Shown here piece by piece: positions 1 to 7,916 of a DNA stretch of 29,122 bases; position 1 is the first letter of the stretch; every line of letters begins with the position of its first letter. The stretch is from Tolypothrix carrinoi HA7290-LM1 (GTDB lineage Bacteria; Cyanobacteriota; Cyanobacteriia; Cyanobacteriales; Nostocaceae). Where the stretch lies: assembly GCA_019358935.1 (NCBI GenBank), contig JAHHIK010000102.1, positions 1-29,122 of the forward strand. Direction: 5' to 3'. The notes beneath the pieces were generated by a model. The model saw only the letters and a list, made by a program, of their open reading frames with translations. It was not told where the DNA came from and did not search any database. The translations under genes and the position numbers were made by a program.

Positions 1-195
1 CGCCGAAAACTTGCGTTAAGGTTGGTTCTGTCATAAAACGGGTTTTTCATGAAGTGGATAAATCTGTTTTAATCAGCAATTAAAACTATGTAAATATTCC
101 GGTTATATGTAAATTCGGAACTATTACTGAGGTGCTAAAAAGTAGACACAGATTAGATTAGAGCCATATTTAACTACTAGCTAAATATACAAATA

Positions 196-230
196 TTCCG
201 GTTTAACCAGTGCCAATGGTTAAATCGGAA
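196..230. other. Putative tyrosine-recombinase site (14-bp inverted arms, 7-bp spacer)
   Basis: TTCCGGTTTAACCA-GTGCCAA-TGGTTAAATCGGAA (1 mismatch), 20 bp upstream of the recombinase. A degenerate related copy lies at ~92-120 (AAATATTCCGGTT...AAATTCGGAA). Confidence 0.45.
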
Positions 231-250
231 GTAGTAAAAGGCAAAAAACT

Positions 251-834
251 TTGAAAACAGACAGACATGGACAGGCGTGTTTACTGTCCGATACTGACTA
301 TTCTAAAATCCGCAAGCAAATCAAAAGCAGGAAATATAAATTACTTTTTGATTTGGCTTGGTACACTGGCGAAAGATGGGGTTCGTTAGTGCAATTGCGG
401 ATTGAAGATTGTTACAACCCTTCGGGGGAGTCCTAGAGATCATATCAATTTTCGCGCTCGGACTCGCAAAGCTAGCCCGGACGGGAAACGTCAAACGCGC
501 CAAGTGTTTGTCCATGCGGTTTTACGGGAGTCGTTGCAAAACTATAAGCCAGACTCAAATTCAAGAAAGGATGTTTGCCGATCGCACTGGGGATAAACCT
601 ATAACCCTCAGATGGGCTGATATGATTCTCCGCGCTGCCGTCGAAAAAGCCGGCTTATCGGCTAAGGGGATCAGCACTCACAGCACCAGGAGGAGTTTCA
701 TTACCAAGCTGCACCGCAACGGGACTGACTTATACACAATCAAAAAAATCACCGGGCACAAGGATTTTAAGGCTTTGGAGCGTTATGTGGAAATTGACTC
801 TGACCGTGTAAAAGGAGCAATCGCTGCGTTATGA
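251..834 (+). pseudogene. Small tyrosine recombinase (phage integrase family, ~190 aa) with two frameshifts
   Basis: Three frames join into one protein (251-~430, ~430-565, ~570-834). Catalytic motifs: YTGER (R), STHSTRR (HxxR), ITGH (H), LERY (Y). Confidence 0.85.
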
Positions 835-1299
835 AAATTCTCCTATTTCACCAGCACCTACAACGGACAAGCGAATTAATTTCAGGACGCCTGCTGTTAC
901 TAGACTTGGAGTTGACCAATATTGCTAACATCTACATTGCCACGTCTGGACTGCCCAATAATCAAAAATTTGATTGCCTCTCGTCCCCAGGCAGAGGACC
1001 GATTCCTGCCAATAACGTTATTGGCGTTGACTGCTACCAAGTTTCAACCACACCTATATATATGCCAGAAGTTAAGGGCGTTGAGGGTAACTTTTACAAA
1101 ATTAACCCGCATATGGTGACGGTTAATGGCGTGGAGCGCGGTGACTTTGGGGTGCATTTTGACGCAAATCTACCGGGCAGCAGCGGGTGCGTAGTGCTGC
1201 GAACATCTGTAGGTTGGCAAGCCTCCCTTGAAAGACATGAAAGTTTTATTAACCTTTGGGGTTAAACAAGTCCCCTTATTAGTGAGTTACTGCCGATGA
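831..1299 (+). CDS. Tlde1/L,D-transpeptidase-like hypothetical protein; C-terminus probably frameshifted
   Basis: Motif GDFGVHFDANLPGSSGCVVL resembles the H...SxGC active site of the YkuD/Tlde1 fold. A plausible C-terminus KDMKVLLTFGVKQVPLLVSYCR* lies in another frame and ends at 1299. ATGA overlap with the recombinase stop. Confidence 0.55.
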
Positions 1300-1466
1300 A
1301 CGCATTGTTTTTAGAAATTGAAACTTTTTACGACAAGCTGCAAGCAGGTGAATTTGATGAACCCCTCAAGCTAGCAGGAGTGTTGCAAAAACTGTCAGAT
1401 GCCGCTTGGTCACAGGTTGAGGAGCTGTACCAGTCGGCAACTCGCACACTCTGCGTGAGGTTATAG
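1296..1466 (+). CDS. Small hypothetical protein (56 aa, MNALFLEIETFYDKLQAGEF...)
   Basis: ATG overlaps the upstream TGA (ATGA coupling) and the frame is open to TAG 1466. Below the ORF-track size cutoff. Confidence 0.55.
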   Translation: MNALFLEIETFYDKLQAGEFDEPLKLAGVLQKLSDAAWSQVEELYQSATRTLCVRL

Positions 1467-1600
1467 TGGTTGCGCGCGTAAAGTCCACGCCTGCGATCGC
1501 AGTAGCGTAACGCGTTCGCAAAGCGTTGCCGTACTCGGCATCGCCTTTTCTCTAACTTTAGTACTTTGGCACAATTGGACAAAAGCGTGAGTTGCGTGGA

Positions 1601-2153
1601 CTAACTCCTAAAACTTCGGATCAGCGCGATTATCTCCTGGGGGGATTGTCCGTCAAGAATTGCTTTTTCTACTGCCTGCTTTTTTGACTTAGCCTTATTG
1701 CTTGTGACACTGCCAATATAGACGCGGTGTAGTTTCCTACCCTCCATCCAGGTGTAACGATAATACCAATATTTATTGGTTCCTCTCTCTACCCAGTATT
1801 TTTCAACCGAATGGGTAGCTTTTTCATCACTTAGTTGAGAGTATAATTTCCGCTCGTGTTGGTGAGCAAACTTTAAGGTATCTGATGTAACTTGCTCACC
1901 AACACTTTTACACGCAGAGTCAGAATCAGGAAGTTGCTCACCAACACTCGGTTTTTGTTGGTGAGCAAAAAGTTTATCTACGCCAAAGTCGAGAGCCTTG
2001 CACTCAACTGATGGCAAGAATGCACACGTTACAGTATCGCTGGTTTCCTCTATTTCATCCCAGTAAGGATCGTGTTGGGGAGCAGGGATTAGAGACCCAG
2101 GAGAAGGGGACCAGGGGAGAAAGTCGTCGAACGCTTGATAGTTGCGTATACAT
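1601..2153 (-). CDS. Mobile-element hypothetical protein with SVGEQ/FAHQ repeats and aromatic/basic C-terminal domain; one frameshift near the start
   Basis: The frame of ORF 1601..2017 stays open upstream (FDDFLPW...APQHDPYWDEIEE). ATG at 2153 gives MYTQLS in the adjacent frame. C-terminus contains KYWYYRYTWMEGRKLHRVYIGS. Confidence 0.6.
1856..2085. repeat. Five copies of a 13-14 bp motif (G)TGTTGGTGAGCAA in mixed orientation
   Basis: Copies at 1856-1869 (+), 1892-1905 (-), 1934-1947 (-), 1956-1968 (+) and 2072-2085 (+, degenerate). Confidence 0.85.
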
Positions 2154-2353
2154 TATGACTATCCCTTATGTAGTGGCGCTTTGCAGCCCAAAATGTAGAA
2201 TTCCCGCTGGTTCTAGCTTACGCAAAGTTGTATTGTTCATGGTAGATGTTTATTTTGGTCAAACTCGCCGGCATTGGGCGAGTTTTTATTACTTAGGTAT
2301 TGGTTGGAGCGTAGTTAGTAGTTAGTAGTTGGGCGATCGCGCCATTTAAAAAC

Positions 2354-2638
2354 TCATTGACTATGCGCCTCCGAACGCTTGGGCGGTCCAAAATCGTCTG
2401 GAAGTTGGTCTAGAGTTACTCCCAAAGCGCGGCATAAAGCTTTGGTCTGGGAAATAGTCAACTTTGGCTTGTCCTCTCCACTTTCCCAACGACTAATAGC
2501 TGATTGATTGAGACTTTTAGTCCCAGTCATATCAGGAATTTTTCTAGCCAAATCAGTCTGTGACAAGCCAACAGCTTCTCGAAGTATCTGTAGGCGGGGC
2601 ATTTCTTCTGGATTTTGTACACGCTTCTTTTTAGGCAT
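2354..2638 (-). CDS. XRE-family helix-turn-helix transcriptional repressor
   Basis: LREAVGLSQTDLARK...QSAISRWESG...LCRALGVTLDQL is an HTH_3/XRE signature. Confidence 0.9.
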   Translation of the reverse strand: MPKKKRVQNPEEMPRLQILREAVGLSQTDLARKIPDMTGTKSLNQSAISRWESGEDKPKLTISQTKALCRALGVTLDQLPDDFGPPKRSEAHSQ

Positions 2639-2651
2639 TCTAGCAATTTAT

Positions 2652-2696
2652 ATGCGTGTACGCATTGACAGCTAGAGCCGTTATGCGTATACTCAT
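2652..2696 (+). promoter_or_regulatory. Sigma70-type promoter overlapped by two palindromic putative operators
   Basis: TTGACA 2665-2670, 17-bp spacer, TATACT 2688-2693. Palindromes ATGCGTgtACGCAT 2652-2665 and ATGCGTatACTCAT 2683-2696. Confidence 0.75.
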
Positions 2697-3174
2697 AATA
2701 ACGACAACACAAAGACCCACCAGTTAAAACTGGCTACGCAAAAAGTGGAATTTTTTGTGAGTGGTCTTGCTTAAATTGTCTACTGCATAGTCTATTCATG
2801 CGAATTGAGGAGAGATGGTAGCCTCCTAGAAATGAAAGACCTACCAGCATGAAATTTTTATATGCAGATCATCAAGCCGCGAAACGTTATTCAACTTCGC
2901 GAGTGTTAACTGTGCTGTAGCTACAGACTGTAAAAAACCTTAGTAAGGCATTCTGCCCCAAGCCAGAGCCTATAAGTGGCGGGTGTAAGTGGGTGGCAAC
3001 AAGAGGTGCACGGGCAAGGCGGAAATAAGACCTGGGTGGAAATCCCATAGAGGTAGTCGTCGGGGTAGTGTCTCGACGAACAGTTTCACACGCAATTGTG
3101 TAGCTTTACACATGGAAAGAAGGAAGAGGAGCGATCGCGCTTCGGCCGCAAGCCGGCTGCACTTCCTAAACCTT

Positions 3175-3357
3175 ATGGAACAAAAAGGAAAGTACATCAC
3201 CAAAAGTAAACGCATAACATCACTTGAAAAACAAGTTGAGGAACTTCAAAAACAGATCGAGACTTTAACCATTTATCTGGATCGAAGTCACGAAATGCTG
3301 TTGCGTTCAAATCCGCGTTTGGCGCAATCATTGAGTGCGCGATTGGGAAGAAATTAA
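3175..3357 (+). CDS. Small coiled-coil hypothetical protein (60 aa)
   Basis: MEQKGKYITKSKRITSLEKQVEELQKQIETL shows a heptad pattern. ATG 3175 is preferred over the upstream GTG, which runs through hairpin-rich sequence. Confidence 0.55.
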   Translation: MEQKGKYITKSKRITSLEKQVEELQKQIETLTIYLDRSHEMLLRSNPRLAQSLSARLGRN

Positions 3358-3824
3358 TCCACCACCACCAAAACCCAAACAACCGAAACAACCAAGACAG
3401 CGGTATAAGACATTACCTTTATTACCCCGTGCCGACGCCCGTTTTAACACGAGATTCAAACGGGCGGCTCGTCGCCTCACCCCGCCCCAACAAAGTTTAG
3501 TTGTAAGTTGAGGACTCGCCTATGAGGAAATAATGTTCGCTTTCTTTTTCAAATGACTACAATTACCATTTTTTGCCTGGGGGATTAGTTTTAATCCCCC
3601 TTATTTAGGGACCTGCCAATCATGAACGAAACAACCCAAACAGACACAAAAAAACCCAATTCGCTTACGTCAACGCGCGATCGCTGTACTTACTTTCAAA
3701 GAAGAAGAAATTAGGATTGTTAGTCGATTCTGTGACTATGTACGACGCCACTTGTTACGCAAGTATACTCCGACAAACTAACCCTCACTCTAAATTTTCA
3801 GTGAGATTTTTATCTACCACTACC

Positions 3825-4457
3825 TATGCCGATTAAAAGCATCACCTACAAGCGGGTTTGTGAATCTGGGGAACATTGATGTCAAAAACCCTTGAGGCTA
3901 CTTCCATCATCATATGAAGGGGGTTGCAGGTTTCGGGTGTGGGGTGTAGGGAACCCCATAATTAAAATCAGGGGTTTCTCTCCAAGGATGCCGTATCTTT
4001 CGACGGCAGTCCCACCAGGTGGGGAAACCCGCCCACGCGGCTGCCTCCACTACGTGCCTCAAAATACATCTTTTTTATTTTTCCATACTTAAAAGTACTT
4101 GCTCTGTACCCTTTCCTTCGGGGCTTTTTCGACATGCAACCCCACACCCCACAACGCCACTTGCTTACTGCTGTGGAAACCCGTCCACCGCAGTGGCTCC
4201 CCCACACCCCACCCCGAAGGGGCTGGTCAATGAAGGTGACGATGCGGCGCGGGAAGCGCGAGGAGTTGATTGCTTTTGTGGAGGGAAATCTTTTTCCACC
4301 CCAAGCCGTAAGCGCTCTTGTAGAAAACAGCGCTTTCCAAGCCCTCGCTGCAACCGCCCAAAGCCAAGCCGAAACTCTTGAAATTGCAAGAAGCATAGAA
4401 ACTGCGTTACCCGAACCATCCGCTGACACGGAAGACACAAACATTCCGCCATTTTAG
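3825..4457 (+). pseudogene. Element hypothetical gene interrupted by a ~310-bp repeat insertion
   Basis: 5' part MPIKSITYKRV/NLGN/SKTLEATSII (frameshifted). 3' part NEGDDAARE/EELIAFVEGNLFPP...DTNIPPF*. Confidence 0.5.
3914..4236. mobile_element. Non-autonomous MITE-like composite repeat insertion
   Basis: Flanked by ATGAAGG direct repeats (3914-3920, 4230-4236). G-rich left end (GGGGTTGCA, GGGTGTGGGG) is complementary to C-rich right part (TGCAACCCC, CCCCACACCC). Two internal GGAAACCCG(C/T)CCAC units. Confidence 0.55.
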
Positions 4458-4778
4458 GGAACACATTATAAACGCGATCGCGCTCAGGTACATTCGACTG
4501 TTGCTGTTGCGCGATCGCCTACTCCAAAAAATCGATTGCTGAAATTAGAGTATGAGCCATATTATCATTTCTGTGCCGTCTCTGTACACCTGTAAACTAC
4601 CGAGCCAAGGTTGGATTAATGAGCGCCTTAATCCGCCAAGTTCAATATGACGATTTAAATTATATCCCCATAGCACTTGTGACATAGACGCGCTCTGTAC
4701 AAGACTTGCTTGATAATTCTGACAAGCAAAGGGGTTTTACGATCGTCACAGATTAGGCATGATCGGAGGTTTGAATTT

Positions 4779-5000
4779 ATGCGATTAGAAAACGATGAAG
4801 TCGTAATGGATAAGGAGGAATTTTTAATTAATTCCTTACTTACAGGAATTGCCTGTCAATTACTCGCAAAAATTAGGAAAGAGGAAGTAAGTCATTGGAT
4901 GGAATGTTTATCTGAAGAAGCAGCTGAACAATACAAACAAATGTCTCCCAAACAGCGCGAAGACATGATTAACGCCTACGTACAAATCAGCCAACAATAA
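4779..5000 (+). CDS. Small hypothetical protein (73 aa)
   Basis: Shine-Dalgarno GGAGGT at 4765-4770 before ATG 4779. Stop TAA 4998-5000 abuts the hammerhead. Confidence 0.65.
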   Translation: MRLENDEVVMDKEEFLINSLLTGIACQLLAKIRKEEVSHWMECLSEEAAEQYKQMSPKQREDMINAYVQISQQ

Positions 5001-5057
5001 CGCCTGACGAGGCTACTTAACCCAGTAGCCGAAACGTGGGATTGTTCCCACGTCGCG
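5001..5057 (+). ncRNA. Type I hammerhead ribozyme
   Basis: Stem I CGC 5001-5003 / GCG 5055-5057. Core CUGACGA 5004-5010. Stem II GGCUACU/AGUAGCC (7 bp, loop UAACCC). GAAA 5031-5034. Stem III CGUGGGA/UCCCACG (loop UUGU) plus A-U. GUC triplet with predicted cut after C5054. Confidence 0.9.
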
Positions 5058-5250
5058 GACCCTTGTCCAAACCAGTCATGCCCCAAAAATGCGTGGGATT
5101 GCGGCGTTGAGCTTGAAAAGCGCCATTTATGGCGTTTATTCTTTCAAGCGCAGCTATCCCGCCTCACTTGGGTTTCCCAGTTCGTTTAGGAGTGAATCGC
5201 GCCCCTTTTATGTGGGGCGTTAGGGTGATTCTGGCGAGAAAAAACTGGGT
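5055..5250 (+). ncRNA. Candidate IS110 bridge-RNA-like structured RNA
   Basis: Small 5' hairpin GGAC/GUCC (5057-5068). Domain 1 at 5082-5172 (CCCAA/UUGGG, GGGAU/AUCCC, GCUUGAAA/UUUCAAGC, GCGCCA/UGGCGU). Domain 2 at 5176-5249 (CCCAGUU/AACUGGG, internal loop, GAAUCGC/GUGAUUC, GCCCC/GGGGC). Lies directly upstream of an IS110 gene. Confidence 0.55.
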
Positions 5251-5294
5251 TTAACCGTAACCAAAATAAACATCTACACCTAACAACACAAACC

Positions 5295-6693
5295 ATGACA
5301 ATTGAATTAAAAACTCTGGGAGTTGATGTTTCAAAATCATCTGTCACAGTCCATCTACTATCATCTTACCCAAAAGGAGGTTTAAAAAGTTATTGGGAGA
5401 AAACTAGGAACAAAGCATCAACTTTCTACCCAACTTTCTACAGCAACCCGGATGCTAAGAAAAAACAGAAAAGTGCTTTTGACTTTGCTGATTATATATT
5501 TGAAAGTAAACCGGATGTAGCAATTTTAGAGCCGACGGGCAATCATTACTCACGGCTCTGGGCGTCGATACTCAAAAATTTGGGGGTAAAAATTCGCGCT
5601 TGTGGGACATATCGAATTGCGGCGCTATCGTGGCTCTAAGAATCTGCCGGCGGAAATCCGACGCAAAGTCGTGCTTTGGCAATGGCTGCATATCCCCTCG
5701 ATGTGGAACACCACACAGAAGACGGGGAATTAAATTTAAGATACTTTCTCATGCACCGTCCTGACCCTATCGACGAGTTAAGAGAACTGTGTCAGCAATT
5801 GGAACATCTCAACCGCGTGCAAAGCCCGATAATTAATTATGCACGGCAAATGTTAGCTTGGCAGTTAAGAGAAGTTGCTCACCTCAAGGTGAGCAACTAC
5901 TTTGTCGGGTTTTGTTCCCCCATTATGGGGATGGCTTGCGGGTTTGGAATCTGAGGTGTCACCGCAAAGCTGGAAACGGTTGCAAAATCAATATAGTAAA
6001 TCGATAGCAATTGCAAAAGGTTTAAATATTGACCCGCTGTTGCAGCTTCATGCAAGTTGGGTGTGTGATATCAAAAAAACAGAGCAGCTCTTGGAAGGGG
6101 AAATTGGCAAACTGTTGTCTGACGACTGTTTCAAAATCTACAACCAGATTTTTGACTTATTTGGTTTTGGATTACGAGTGCGCGAAGCGCTTGCTTAGTC
6201 GAATTTATCCGTTTGAGGCTTTTTTAAGTGCCGACGGGAAACCGTTGATTGAGTATGAAGTCAGAGAAGTTAAGAAAGTGGAGAAAGAGAAGAGCGATGG
6301 GGTGAATGTAATTAAGCGATCGCCCGGAGATATCAAACGGGTGAAGCGCAACTTTACTCCGCGATGCATTTAAAATGCGGATCGGAATGGGGACAGTGCT
6401 GGAGCAATCGGGTGATGAGTTGGTAGAAAAAGCAATACTGTTCGGCACTGTGTCGAATGGCTTTATGGCAGTATGTTTTGTGCCAAGTTGAGACTGGTAA
6501 ACTGAAGCCCAACTCGGTTACAAAGCGGCTTTTGGACTACAAAAACGCTTTAAAAAATCTCACCACCCCTCAAGGCAAGCAATTGCTAAATGGCAAGCAC
6601 TTGCAGGGTAAACTTATGGCGAAAGTTGCAAACATGCTTTTTGATGAATTGGTCAAAGCGATCGCGCACCCAACGCTCCAACGCTCCAACTAA
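5295..6693 (+). pseudogene. IS110-family DEDD recombinase/transposase with multiple frameshifts
   Basis: N-terminal RuvC-like motifs LGVDVSK, ILEPTGNHY and KSDA..ALAMA (~5657-5690). Central helical region. C-terminal Transposase_20-like AFKMRIGMGTVLEQSGD with the conserved SG serine. Spread over at least six frame segments. Confidence 0.8.
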
Positions 6694-6904
6694 CTAGAGT
6701 GAAAGTATAGAAAATAATGCTTCAAACTTCTCACAAATATTAGAGGTAATTACTACTTTATGCGTAATTCTGTCATTCTAAGCCAAATCTTAGCACAAAA
6801 AACGAAGTTGCATCTTACGCTTTATTTCCTCTTGCTCGGTAGAAACTCACTATAACAGACTTTCATTGTGTAATTTCTCTAATAATTAACATACACGTCT
6901 CGAT

Positions 6905-7003
6905 ATGTCTACTTTTTTCTTTGCTGGATTTTTTGTTAGTGTACTAACTTTATTTGGTTGTGCAGCGATCGCTTACCTGTTTGGGCAAGATCGTTCCAGG
7001 TAA
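6905..7003 (+). CDS. Putative 32-aa single-pass membrane peptide
   Basis: MSTFFFAGFFVSVLTLFGCAAIAYLFGQDRSR*: hydrophobic helix with a charged tail, followed by a terminator-like hairpin. Confidence 0.45.
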   Translation: MSTFFFAGFFVSVLTLFGCAAIAYLFGQDRSR

Positions 7004-7061
7004 GTAACTCATAATACCTTTTTTCCATCACTCCCACCATATCTGATAAACTTCATTGCCT

Positions 7062-7087
7062 TGCGTCATCATGTGATGGCGCATTTT
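7062..7087 (+). terminator. Putative intrinsic terminator
   Basis: TGCGTCATCA-TG-TGATGGCGCA hairpin followed by TTTT. Confidence 0.45.
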
Positions 7088-7916
7088 CGCTTTCTTGTCA
7101 AAAATAATTCTCGTTTTTAATATTGTTGCGAATATTTATATACACATTTGATAATCATTTTTGGTGCTACAAGCAGCATTCAACTTGTAATCAGCATTTT
7201 TCTTCAGACAAATGTAAAACTTTATACTTTTAACCAAGTGCCAAAATGGCAACATGGATTTGTTTTTTTAGTTATGCTGGAAACTTATCAACAAAAGCGA
7301 ATATCCGAGTATTTTATACCAAAACATAAAAAATATCAAACACTATTTTAGAAGCCACACACCTTGTTCATCCGATTGTTTCATCAATTGTATCTAACTA
7401 TTTTTCACAGTAACACTACGAAAATCGAGAGCAATAAACAAAACCATATATTTGTTTGTAGATGAACAAAGTGCAGCCTGTGAAAATCAAACCCTGATTG
7501 GCGATTACTGACAAGGGCAATTAAGTAAAATTTTTACTTAAGTTTATCTGCTACCCGTATAAAAATTTTTATACACGCAGTAATTTAACAAAATATGTAG
7601 CAGTACTTTGTTTAAATTAGACTAACAGTAGATAAATTTTCTGCCAGAAACACTTTAAAATTTTGATAATAACAAGATTGAGCTAGTTCAAATCATCAGT
7701 ATAATTGCTAGCCAATTGAGTTAGATGAGAAAATAAGTGTAAGTACTGATTTATATGTATTATGTTTTCTACTAACATTTATCTTATTGAAAAATGTATC
7801 ATTGAGATCAAACTCAAAAATTAACTACCGCTGTTCAAACATATGAATGTCCCCCGACAAAATCGTGTAATAATTTCCTCAAGGTCATTTTTGGTAAATA
7901 TTAAATAGCTTAAGGA

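Noticed and set aside
1604..1612. ACTCCTAAA complementary to the domain 2 loop strand as a guide target
   Set aside because: No adjacent match to the second loop strand, and similar heptamers are common repeats in this window.
2011..2325. 104-aa plus-strand ORF
   Set aside because: Overlaps the better-supported minus-strand gene start and has no motifs.
2902..3012. Twister ribozyme (UAAC..GC, CUG-CCCCAAGC-CAG, GAGG)
   Set aside because: Partial motif resemblance only. P2 and pseudoknot pairings are weak and need large insertions; a covariance-model search would be required.
26..6776. TTCTGTCAT at ~26-34 and ~6768-6776 as attL/attR
   Set aside because: Only 9 bp, expected by chance in AT-rich DNA; the element probably extends left of the window.
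5055..6900. TIGR-Tas system (IS110-related protein with repeat array)
   Set aside because: No periodic repeat/spacer array is visible, and the protein retains the IS110 QSG serine motif.
7148..7351. 67-aa ORF in AT-rich intergenic DNA
   Set aside because: TTG start, no ribosome-binding site and no recognisable motif.
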